From Anneissia japonica (lineage: Eukaryota), in NCBI RefSeq assembly GCF_011630105.1, contig NW_022686322.1:3767837-3798982 (forward strand): a stretch of 31,146 bases of DNA, in the 5' to 3' direction. The notes beneath the pieces were generated by a model. That model worked only from the letters and a program-made list of their open reading frames with translations. It was not told the DNA's origin and made no database searches. How positions within the stretch are numbered: the first letter of the stretch is position 1; each line of letters starts with the position of its first letter. Shown one piece after another: positions 10,877 to 20,562 of this stretch. Made by a program: the position numbers and the translations under genes.

Positions 10877-11434
10877 GTAAGTTGCCAAATCGCCAAAATT
10901 CTCCCTAAAATTTTTTTTTTACTATTGTCCAAAAATAATCCATTCTAATTCACTGACAAAATAATTTGATAAGGACTTTAGGTTTTGCTTTTGCAGGGAA
11001 GAAGATCTAATACAGTTTGCACTGTCATTTGAGACTATCTTTGGGACCTGAAAATTTGGGGTTTTCTCAGAGTTTTCGATCTTTACATTGAGGGTTAGCT
11101 TTAGTTAATAGCTTGAAGATTGTTAGAGGGATCTCGAAGGAGGGTACTTATCTAGACAGATACTATAGAAAATCTTCCAAAAATGTAATTAAAACTTTGT
11201 TTAACTCATTTAAATAGATAATCAACTTTTAATGAACACATATAAAAGTCTAATTATTTTTTTGCTGATTTATATACCTTTTGGTACAAAACTTCTTAAA
11301 TTAATCAGTTTAAAAGCCCTGGTCCATCCAAAAATATAAAAATTTTATTATGTATTTTCTTGTTTTAATTCATTAATTGAAGGCTAATTAAACTTTTAGT
11401 AGTCTTGGTACTGAGATTTCAGTTGTATTTATAG

Positions 11435-11587
11435 AAGGATTGTGAACGCAAGCCGGGTGATAAATGGATGATGCGTGGACCAATGGAATATGTGCCACCC
11501 GTGGAAGTGGAGGTACTGACCAAAAGGAAGGCAATCCCATTGGATGAGAACGAAGGTATCTATGTGAGGGACACAAAGACAGGAAAG
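11435..11587 (+). CDS. MVP: MVP coding exon 7 ([51 protein letters not shown])
   Basis: Acceptor TTTATAG|AAG at 11433-11434; 153 nt; matches human …[44 protein letters not shown]; donor AAAG|GTAAGT at 11588. Confidence 0.85.
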
Positions 11588-11932
11588 GTAAGTTGAATAT
11601 ATATCAGCCAGTGGTGGGAGGGAGTTATAGTTGTAATAGGGGATCTAACTGATGGAATGTTATTGCATAAAGTTAGTGTACGGTTTAGAGTTCTAAACTA
11701 ACAGAGCAGATTTGGGTTCTGCACCTGACACTGTAAACAAAGAGTGGAATTCAAACCTATGACAATATAACAATTTGAGAGCGTCGACCCAGTGTTTCCA
11801 AAATTACCTGACATTCAAGTATTTACTGGGCCCAGCAGATCTTTTCTTTTGAAACTGTTTGAAATTTATACCAATTTTAATATAGGTTAACCAATGTCAT
11901 TTTTTTTTTATCTTACTTATTGTCTTCTTAAG

Positions 11933-12165
11933 GTACGTGCTATTACCGGAATTACTTACATGCTAAACCAGGATGAGGAACTTTGGTGTAAAGAACTGTC
12001 ACCAGCTGTTGAAAATCTACTGATGAGTATGAAAGACCCTATTGCTGATCGTGGTTCTCGGGGCGCACCAGTGGTCGCAGAGAGAGAGAAGACAAAGGTG
12101 GTCACCCTTCGTGTTCCCCATAATGCAGCTGTACAGATATATGATTACAAGGAGAAGAAAGCCAG
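11933..12165 (+). CDS. MVP: MVP coding exon 8 ([30 protein letters not shown]…[18 protein letters not shown] + split Arg)
   Basis: Acceptor TTAAG|GTA at 11931-11932; matches human [30 protein letters not shown]…[19 protein letters not shown]; donor CCAG|GTATGT at 12166; phase 2. Confidence 0.85.
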
Positions 12166-12800
12166 GTATGTTTTTTGTCAGGCTTTTTGTTTATGTATTA
12201 TATGTCATACCCGAGATCGAGATAAAAAAAATTCTGAGGCTGAATGTGTATCCTAGGCTTGTAAGTCTGCATTAAAGGAGTGGGGTCTGGGGGTCCACAA
12301 TTGAAATTTCAATTCAAAAACTGCAGTAAAATTGATCACATCTTTATCTATGATTATCTTCTGCTGGATGGTTCACCCTCTTTAAATATGCTCAAATAAA
12401 TAAGTAAATAAATTAGCAGCTGAATGTAACTATCCTTATGTAAACTCAGCCAATTTTTTCATCTATAGATTTTTTTTCTTTTTTGCTATAATAAGAATTT
12501 AACCCATTTTTAATTTTAGTATTTATACTATAGCCTAAAATACCAATAGTTAATTCTTATTGTATAAACACATGAAAAAAATTAAACTCATGAATACAGT
12601 ATTAATGATTCTTTCTGAACTAAAGTTAATTACACTATTTTATTTCTGCATTTTTTCTTGTTCAAATAGTTTCTTCAAAGATGCTAGGAATAACTGATAT
12701 ATATATTATTATTATTATGGAACTCTGGAATCCTTTTACCTCCATACCTACATTGTCTTTCAAATTGTTTAGTGTTGTAACAGTGTTATTCTTTATATAG

Positions 12801-12998
12801 AGTTGTGTTTGGACCAGAGCTGGTGATGCTTGGTCCTGATGAGCAGTTTACTCAACTGAGTCTGTCGGGAGGAAAGCCAAAGAGACCAAACGTCATCAAA
12901 TCCTTGTGTCTGTTGCTGGGACCTGATTTTTGCACAGACATCATCGTTATAGAGACAGCAGATCATGCTAGGCTACAGCTCCAGCTGTCTTATAACTG
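12801..12998 (+). CDS. MVP: MVP coding exon 9 ([66 protein letters not shown] + split Trp)
   Basis: Acceptor TATATAG|A at 12799-12800 completes Arg; matches human [29 protein letters not shown]…[32 protein letters not shown]; donor TG|GTAGGT at 12999; phase 2. Confidence 0.85.
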
Positions 12999-13825
12999 GT
13001 AGGTTTTACATAAATATTCATTGCCATCATCCTCTCAAAGTTAATTCTTTAGTGAATATGTGATCGTAATGATACATATTACCACAGCCTCTATGACTTT
13101 CATATTATAACACCAGGCACTGGATCAAACATGTCCAGGGGAGTATTTCTACTGGAAATTCTAGTTTAATTCATTGTCAGACATTTGTATGTATATGATG
13201 TGATATAAAATATAATATGTTAGGCTTATATAGTGCCTAATGCCAACAAGGGCTCTAAGCGCTTAATTTATACCCCCGGTCATTGGATCAAGCACATAAT
13301 ATGGAACACATACTCAGCTCCCTGGGGAGAATTCCATAATGTTGCAGCTGTAATCAGCGCATTTTGTGTTTGAACCTACCAAGTAGCCACTTGTACCCCT
13401 GGGTGGAGAGAGACAGCTGTAGGTAAACTGCCTTTTCTAAGGACACAAGCAAAATTCCCGAAGGATTGATCCTTGACCTCTAGGTTGAGAAACAACTCCT
13501 GTTGGATAGAGGCAACAAATTTTAATAATTTCACTTGCCGAAGGACACAGCAAACCAGGGGACAACTTCAAATCTCAGCTGCTGGGCCAAACACTCTTAA
13601 ATTATATAATTAAATTTCACATACAAAATATAGTAACTGATAATAATTATAAATATAGTACAGTATTTTCATTTACTGTTATTTTATTATTTATGCAATT
13701 TGTCGATATGATTGTCTAATTGTGTATGAATTTCGAACACTGAACCCGATTCCCTCAGCTAAAATTGCCTACATGGTATATGTATACAATTTGTAATGTT
13801 AATAGCAATGTATTTCATTTATCAG

Positions 13826-13970
13826 GCATTTTGAAGTCAATGATAAGAATGATGACAATGATGCAGCTAAATTGTTCAGCGTGCCAGACTTTGTCGGAGA
13901 CGCTTGCAAGGCTATTGCCTCTCGAATCAGAGGTGCTGTGGCCGGTGTCCAGTTTGATGATTTTCACAAG
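13826..13970 (+). CDS. MVP: MVP coding exon 10 ([49 protein letters not shown])
   Basis: Acceptor ATCAG|G at 13824-13825 completes Trp; matches human [48 protein letters not shown]; donor CAAG|GTAAAT at 13971. Confidence 0.88.
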
Positions 13971-14756
13971 GTAAATAAAAGAAATACGCGCCCGATAGGT
14001 GCACGAGTATACTGCAGAAACTAGGTCAAAATTACTCTATCGGATAAGGTGCTAATCATCAGCAGTTGGTCATCTGTCAAAACATGGGACTAATTACCAA
14101 CTTCTGTATAAAACGACATTCACACTGTACTTGGCATGCCTGTAAAATGAAATGAACCTTAACACGTTCCAGTTTACAGTAAAATTCCATCAACCATAAC
14201 ACATTCCATTTTACAAAAAAATTCCACTACCACATCATAGAGTATATCTGTGCAAGCGTAGTATACTCAACAACTAATAATTGTAAGGTCACCATCAACA
14301 AGTTTCTTGAGTTTTTAATGTGATTAATTTTTATCCAGTAAGTTGTAAAATTATAGAATAATTGTTGAAATCTGAAATGTGTTACAGTTCAGGAATATAG
14401 ATTTTGTAATATGAATTTCAATCATTATTATACCATCTTGTTTCAAGTCACCATGACTATGTCAGAGGTCAAGGTATATGTCTAATTATTTTCTACATTT
14501 TATGGCTGTTGGTCTGTACAGTGTTTAATATACCCAATGCATTTTTCTTATAAATTTAAAATTGTGCAGAAAATTGCATGGAAAATAGGTGTGCAAAGCA
14601 ACATGTAATAATTGTTTGTGTGTATCAGCCCTTATTTTAAAAATTTATGTCAAAGCCTAATTATTTTTCAGCAGGGTCACACTTTATGCTTATATTGTGT
14701 CCTGATCTTCAGCATCAATGTGGAAACCCTATATTTATTATAATTGCTTTCTTCAG

Positions 14757-14968
14757 AATTCTGCCAAAATCATCCGTGCATCAGTATTTGGGTTTGACGA
14801 CAAGCAGAAGGTCCGTGATCGATTCCTGTTCCCTCAGAACAACCTGGTTATAACCAGTATTGATATCCAGTCAGTGGAACCAGTTGACCAGCGTACCAGA
14901 GACGCTTTGCAGAAGTCTGTACAACTGGCGATTGAGATCACAACCAACTCCCAGGAAGCCGCAGCCAG
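14757..14968 (+). CDS. MVP: MVP coding exon 11 ([70 protein letters not shown] + split Arg)
   Basis: Acceptor CTTCAG|AAT at 14755-14756; matches human NSARIIRTAVFGF…[48 protein letters not shown]; donor CCAG|GTCAGA at 14969; phase 2. This is the exon that is duplicated at 19390-19601. Confidence 0.88.
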
Positions 14969-15471
14969 GTCAGAGTTCAGACATGATTGTTCACTTATAT
15001 TCCATTCATATTCCAGTTTTGCTTGGTATTTCATACAGACAACATGTACACTTGCTATGCAGGGTAGAACGATGCTCTATTAACTCAGCCTCTTTATGAG
15101 GCTCAAGCTGTGGAGTTGTTTTGAGGTATGAGAAATAATTTGGGAGTCTGACAATGTTTGAAAACCAGATGCTAAGATTGGAAGGCAACCACCTGTAGCA
15201 CTGTTTACTGTTGTGGAGTGATCAACAGACTTCCTCTTGTTCAGCTAGATAATTTAACAACCATTATTCATACATGGCCTTATTCTAATCAATATATAAG
15301 CTGAAGATGTCTTTACCCTCCCAACAATCAGTTTAGAATGTATTTGCCATTTTACATAATATGTGTGTGTGAAAGTGCATGCATAATGCATTGTATATTG
15401 GCTGTCTGTCAGAGTACTACTACATTATTGAATTTTTAATTGATCTATTTGATATTGTTCGGTACATTTAG

Positions 15472-15715
15472 ACACGAAGCTGAAAGACTTGAGCAGGAGG
15501 CAAAGGGTCGTCTAGAGCGTCAAAAGATTTTGGACGAAGCTGAAGCTGAGAAAGCACGCAAGGAACTGCTGGAGCTACAGGCCAATAGTGCAGCTGTTGA
15601 GAGCACTGGACAGGCAAAGGCTGAGGCTCAGTCCCGTGCTGAGGCTGCTAGAATTGAAGGCGAGGCAGCTGTTGAGCAGGCCAAGCTGAAGGCAGAGGCT
15701 GCTAAAATTGAATCT
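15472..15715 (+). CDS. MVP: MVP coding exon 12 ([82 protein letters not shown])
   Basis: Acceptor CATTTAG|A at 15470-15471 completes Arg; matches human [80 protein letters not shown]; donor TCT|GTAAGT at 15716. Confidence 0.85.
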
Positions 15716-16000
15716 GTAAGTTAACAAAATTCTTCTAACTGGCATTTTGTCCAAGTAAGTAAAGCAGCTTAGAGCCTGCTGCACACGAGTAAACAGACTT
15801 GCAACTGAAGTTATTGTCTTGTGTGTGGTGAAATTAGGAACCTTTTGAACCTGCATGACTGGAAATAATTTCAGTAACGCTCAAAAATTGTGTTCCTTGT
15901 CAATGGCGTATTTCAAGGAGGTGCCTGGGCACCCCTACCTTTTTGTTCAAATGTGAAAAAAATAATAGAAAATGAATGGCAGTAAATGGCAAACTAAGTT

Positions 16001-16265
16001 AAAGGCCTGTTTATACTAGCAACGATAATTATAAAATGCTAAAAAGCAATTGTTCCTATAGAAAATAAAAGAAATGAAAGAGGTTTTCACAATAGCACGC
16101 TTTGATAACGATTTATCATGTGTACGATAAAAAAATATTTTCGTATACACGATAAATTGTTATCGAATCGTGCTAGTGTGAAAACTTCTTTTATTTTCTC
16201 TATGAACAATTGCTTTATAGCATTTTATCGTTATCGTTACCGTTGTAAGTATAAACAGGCCTTTA
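16001..16265. repeat. Near-perfect 265-bp palindrome (two arms of about 130 bp, no spacer) in MVP intron 12; hairpin/foldback element
   Basis: Left arm AAAGGCCTGTTTATACTAGCAACGATAATTATAAAATGCTAAAAAGCAATTGTTCC…; the right arm is its reverse complement with a few mismatches, ending …TAAACAGGCCTTTA at 16265. Confidence 0.75.
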
Positions 16266-16442
16266 CTTTATACATTAACAGGCATTAATTTGTCATTAAT
16301 ATGAACAATTCTTGTTTTTTTATTTATATATTGCTTCTACTAATCTCATAGAATTGCATTGGCTGACAACTGTTGGGTGGAATGAGTGGCTGGCTTTCGA
16401 TATGACATTATTGTGCCATAATATGAGGAAATCACAGATAAC

Positions 16443-16848
16443 ATATGTGGCAAAGACAAGCCAAATCAGTCACTCGTCGCAAAAATCGATTTTGAGTTAT
16501 TAATACAGTGTTAGAGAGTAAAATAATATATATAAAATGGTAAAAAAATCATAGTTACATGCGTTTAACCACACAGCTGTTTAAAGAACAATATATGAGA
16601 AATTAGCCATCAAAGGTTATGATTTCAGGCATTTCTCATGCAGAAACTATCTTTAAATCCTTAAAAAGTATTGTTTTAACATTGAAAATTGGGAAAATAA
16701 CAGCATGAATGATGTGTAGATATATAAAGGTTAGTTTAGTGCAATAAAATAGATTTTTAAAAATTTGACATTCCAGCATGTTTTTTGCCATTTTCTCTCA
16801 AACACGATTTGCGACGAGTGACTGGTTTGGCTTGTCTTTGCCACATAT
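16443..16848. repeat. Inverted-repeat pair (about 45 bp arms, about 325 bp spacer) in MVP intron 12; MITE-like
   Basis: 16443-16483 ATATGTGGCAAAGACAAGCCAAATCAGTCACTCGTCGCAAA equals the reverse complement of 16808-16848 (TTTGCGACGAGTGACTGGTTTGGCTTGTCTTTGCCACATAT) with 1 mismatch. Confidence 0.6.
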
Positions 16849-16925
16849 TAATTTTAGTGTGGACACAGGTTTACGTGTTACACAGTCATCAAATAACATA
16901 ACTTCATTTACATTGTATCTTACAG

Positions 16926-17237
16926 CAATCAGAACTCGAACAACTGACAGTTGCGAGAGAGGCAGAGAATAAGTACATCAGCCAGCAGAACGAGATGGAA
17001 ATCAGCAAAACTAAAGAAATGAGCGACATCGAGACGGCTAAATTCGATAGCATGGTGTCGTCCATCGGTGCAGATACCATCAGGGCCATTGCAACATCTG
17101 GACCAGAGATGCAGGTGAAGTTGCTGCAATCTCTTGGCCTCAAGTCTACCTTGATTACAGATGGTACCAGCCCCATCAACCTCTTCAATACTGCCAACGG
17201 ACTTGTTGGTGCTCTTGCGCCACCATCAAACAATTAG
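16926..17237 (+). CDS. MVP: MVP terminal coding exon 13 ([17 protein letters not shown]…[52 protein letters not shown])
   Basis: Acceptor CTTACAG|CAA at 16924-16925; matches human …[48 protein letters not shown]; stop TAG at 17235-17237. The CDS total is 2556 nt (851 aa + stop). Confidence 0.88.
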   Translation, partial: QSELEQLTVAREAENKYISQQNEMEISKTKEMSDIETAKFDSMVSSIGADTIRAIATSGPEMQVKLLQSLGLKSTLITDGTSPINLFNTANGLVGALAPPSNN

Positions 17238-17268
17238 GTTCAAAGCTTTTTTAACAGCAATTGATGGC

Positions 17269-17274
17269 AATAAA
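17269..17274 (+). other. MVP: Candidate MVP polyadenylation signal AATAAA, 32 nt past the stop
   Basis: Hexamer AATAAA read directly; further AATAAA copies lie at about 17366 and 17767, so the 3'UTR end is ambiguous. Confidence 0.45.
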
Positions 17275-18718
17275 ATATATTTCTAGATGTATTGGAAAGG
17301 AACATTTGAATTATGTTTTACCAATGGGTGTTTTATAAATTCATTAGATTTTTATTGGAAAGGAAATAAAACACTTATTAAAAAATCGGCTAACTGTGCT
17401 AAATTGCTGTATTAAAAGATAAATTTATTAGTTTTGTTAGTTTGGTGTTTGTAAAAATGAACTTTATATTTGTAGATAAAATTATCAAGGATGATATCAA
17501 AAACAGTTGTAGATTGGTTAATTTTGTTTATGATGATTGCTTTTTAGGTCTCCATATTTGTAGGATGTTTTTGGTCAATATGAAAATGGATTATATAACA
17601 TTTATATATAAAAGGAAGATAAATTTGTTTTATCAAATGATTGAGAAAATTTTGATTTTGTAATACTGTAATTAAATTCCTATTTTAATACAGTCATGAA
17701 CATTTAAATGTGAAATTGTGCCATATATTATAACAGAAATAATGTTTATTAAAATTGCTGTTAAAGAATAAATACAATATATTTTATATATCTATATAAT
17801 ATAAAATGCAGGCAGATGAATTATGCATTGACAGGCCTGTGTATTGATATTACAGAAGTTTGAATTAATGAGTTTTTAGTAATAAAGTATCAATTTAGAA
17901 AAAAAAATGGAAATATGTTTTCCACATGATCCAAAGTAAGTGTTCTATACAGATATTTATTATCATTGTTCTAATAATACTATATGAATTCTGTACATAT
18001 ATTGTTTGTATTATTTTGCATTACAAATTTCTTGAGTTTAGACCAATTGTGAGGGCCCAAATTTAAAAAATATACTCAAGAGAAGTATTAATACTTGTGT
18101 TTTGTTGTATGTGTTTTGTAGTCTAAACCCTCTCATTCGTAGTAAGTGCTTCAGGATAGTTTAATTGATGAGTATAACCTCTTTCAAACACAGTTAGGTC
18201 CCTCTGGTCCTATTACAACAAGGCATGACCACACCCATGAGATTGAGACAGGTGCGGATCCAGTAGGGGAACCCCTCCCACTTTTCCACTAAATTTCAAG
18301 GCATATCAATGTTATGTATTGAAAATACACACTACTCGTTTATCTATTCTGAGAATGTTGTGGCCCCCATCCCCCGTTTAAAAACATTTTGGATCTGCCC
18401 CTGTGAGAGGTATATATATCATGGTCTTAGCAATGAAATCGTATATCCTTTTTTCAACAAAAAAACATTACACATTTTAAAAAGTCAATCATTCAAAATA
18501 CTGTATTATATCATGTCTGAAGTGCAAGTCTTAAATTTTAAAAAGAAATATTTACAAGTCTTGCTATTACATATTTACATTAATTAAAATGTCCATAGTA
18601 GAAAACACACCTGTGTCTGCTGCGATATAAACATGTTTTGTAAAAATAAACTTTCTGATAAAATTTACAAAATGCATGAGGAGAAGCAGCAAGTTTTACT
18701 TTTCACATCAAAGTCAGT

Positions 18719-18955
18719 TTAGCTATCTGTAATAGCAACATCCTTTGTCAGCGAGATTCCAATTTCTTTAAAGTCTTCTGCAACACTCCTGATCATAGCA
18801 GCTGCTTGATGTTTAGAAACTGCAGGTACTGATTCTGTTCCTGGAATCCCCTTTCGTTTGGCATCCAACTCCAATAAAGCCTCCATTTTCATTGCAATTT
18901 GTTTGCACTGTTCTTGTCTTTGTTTCATTCTAGCCAGCTTTGCATCTTTCTGTGC
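18719..18955 (-). CDS. 3'-terminal coding exon of an unidentified gene (AQKDAKLARMKQRQEQCKQIAMKMEALLELDAKRKGIPGTESVPAVSKHQAAAMIRSVAEDFKEIGISLTKDVAITDS*)
   Basis: A - strand ORF preceded by a good acceptor (pyrimidine tract + TTTTAG|GCA at 18957-18956) and ending in TAA at 18721-18719. The coiled-coil-like sequence is not recognised as any family. Upstream exons would lie beyond the chimeric junction at 19116. Confidence 0.4.
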   Translation of the reverse strand, partial: AQKDAKLARMKQRQEQCKQIAMKMEALLELDAKRKGIPGTESVPAVSKHQAAAMIRSVAEDFKEIGISLTKDVAITDS

Positions 18956-19115
18956 CTAAAATAAAAAGGAATGCAAGATAGGAAATTACAGTACACGTTT
19001 GCATAAACGATCTACAGTATTTGAAGAAGTTTTTATCTAAAATTTATTTAGTAATACAGTAATAACATTTTGCTAGGCCTATATCTGTGTGTGTGTGTAT
19101 ATATATATATATATC

Positions 19116-19153
19116 CTGTCTCTTATACACATCTAGATGTGTATAAGAGACAG
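19116..19153. other. Nextera/Tn5 mosaic-end junction adapter (ME-rev + ME-fwd), a library artifact embedded in the assembly
   Basis: Exact 19-mer CTGTCTCTTATACACATCT (19116-19134) is followed immediately by its reverse complement AGATGTGTATAAGAGACAG (19135-19153). This is the circularisation junction of Nextera mate-pair libraries, and it is not a natural metazoan sequence. Confidence 0.92.
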
Positions 19154-19775
19154 GTGTTTAATATACCCAATGCATTTTTCTTATAAATTTAAAATTGTGC
19201 AGAAAATTGCATGGAAAATAGGTGTGCAAAGCAACATGTAATAATTGTTTGTGTGTATCAGCCCTTATTTTAAAAATTTATGTCAAAGCCTAATTATTTT
19301 TCAGCAGGGTCACACTTTATGCTTATATTGTGTCCTGATCTTCAGCATCAATGTGGAAACCCTATATTTATTATAATTGCTTTCTTCAGAATTCTGCCAA
19401 AATCATCCGTGCATCAGTATTTGGGTTTGACGACAAGCAGAAGGTCCGTGATCGATTCCTGTTCCCTCAGAACAACCTGGTTATAACCAGTATTGATATC
19501 CAGTCAGTGGAACCAGTTGACCAGCGTACGAGAGACGCCTTGCAGAAGTCTGTACAACTGGCGATTGAGATCACAACCAACTCCCAGGAAGCCGCAGCCA
19601 GGTCAGAGTTCAGACATGATTGTTCACTTATATTCCATTCATATTCCAGTTTTGCTTGGTATTTCATACAGACAACATGTACACTTGCTATGCAGGGTGG
19701 AACGATGCTCTATTAACTCAGCCTCTTTATGAGGCTCAAGCTGTGGAGTTGTTTTGAGGTATGAGAAATAATTTG
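19154..19775 (+). repeat. 622-bp duplicate of MVP intron10-exon11-intron11 (copy of 14521-15142); chimeric assembly segment or haplotig fragment
   Basis: Collinear identity at a constant offset of +4633 bp. The identical ORF-track entries (14647-14853 = 19280-19486; 14718-15083 vs 19351-19716) confirm this. There are 3 substitutions (14897 C>G, 14906 T>C, 15066 A>G). The left edge is the Tn5 junction adapter, and the right edge switches abruptly to RMND1 sequence. Confidence 0.88.
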
Positions 19776-19817
19776 TTGCAATTAAAAAAAAATTATTTTC
19801 AGGTATTGGCACATGGG

Positions 19818-20327
19818 ATGCAATTTAAGATGTCGTCTTCATTGAATAATCTGTCAATAGTCTTACCAAGATGGATGACAAAAGTCTGGCAGAAAACATC
19901 AATTGGGATAACGGCCATTAGTCAATCAATGCATTGTTACAGATTGAACAATCATCACAAACAAAACCTACTACAAAGTAGTATTAAAATGTATTCATCA
20001 AGTTATTCAAGGAGGTTCTCATATGAAAGGCATCAAATCATCCCCCATAAAATACCCTGGAAAATACCAGTACTAAATTTTGCAAATATAAAGTTATCAT
20101 TAATCAAGAATCAGTATTCACTCAGCTGTGTGCGAAAGCAAAACTTTTCTTCCAAGTCAACGTCGGGCAATACAACAAATGCCAACACAGATCCACTCAA
20201 CAGACCGATAGTTTATGCCATGAAACTTAAAAAAGGCACAAGTAATAAAGCAAATCGGAAAGGACAGAAAATGAAGATAGCAAAACATAGAACAAAGAAA
20301 CCAGCCAGATTAGCAAAAGACACAGAG
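19818..20327 (+). CDS. RMND1: RMND1 (DUF155) homolog, first coding exon, start uncertain (MQFKMSSSLNNLSIVLPRWMTKVWQKTS…RLAKDTE); basic N-terminus free of acidic residues, consistent with a mitochondrial presequence
   Basis: The ORF is open from 19761, but 19761-19775 lies inside the chimeric block. The first ATG beyond it is at 19818 (next at 19830). Donor GAG|GTGAGT at 20328; phase 0. The 5' boundary of this gene is compromised by the misjoin. Confidence 0.55.
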
Positions 20328-20453
20328 GTGAGTTTATAATGTGGCGACCCCCACTCCCCTGGCGACCCCCACTCCCCTCTCTCCACAAAAACATTGAAAA
20401 CAATTATAAATATAATTTTTTTTTTTAATGTATTTTTGGGACATTTTCTTCAG

Positions 20454-20562
20454 GGACTTGGAGTTGTGACTGCATTTTCTACTGCGGAAGAATACAACTT
20501 GGAACATCTAAGTCTCGATCTTCAAGCACAAGGTTTGTTCAGAGAAGCTTTTATGCCACAAG
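20454..20562 (+). CDS. RMND1: RMND1 coding exon 2 (GLGVVTAFSTAEEYNLEHLSLDLQAQGLFREAFMPQ)
   Basis: Acceptor TTCTTCAG|GGA; matches human RMND1 …[23 protein letters not shown]; donor CAAG|GTAAAT at 20563; phase 1. Confidence 0.8.

Noticed and set aside
11894-12275. 120-aa and 77-aa ORFs reading past the exon-8 donor
   Set aside because: The frame reads through into the intron. The true exon ends at 12165 (CCAG|GTATGT) and continues in exon 9 at 12801.
19280-19732. ORF-track entries duplicating 14647-15099 (including a second 'MVP exon 11')
   Set aside because: They lie inside the chimeric block that follows the Tn5 junction adapter. This is an assembly artifact or alternate-haplotype fragment, and it is not a second gene copy.
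19761-19817. Upstream in-frame ATG (MRNNLLQLKKNYFQVLAHG) extending the RMND1 ORF
   Set aside because: It starts inside, or directly at the edge of, the misjoined block (which ends at 19775). An acceptor-like TTATTTTCAG|GT at 19800 suggests this stretch is intronic or UTR.
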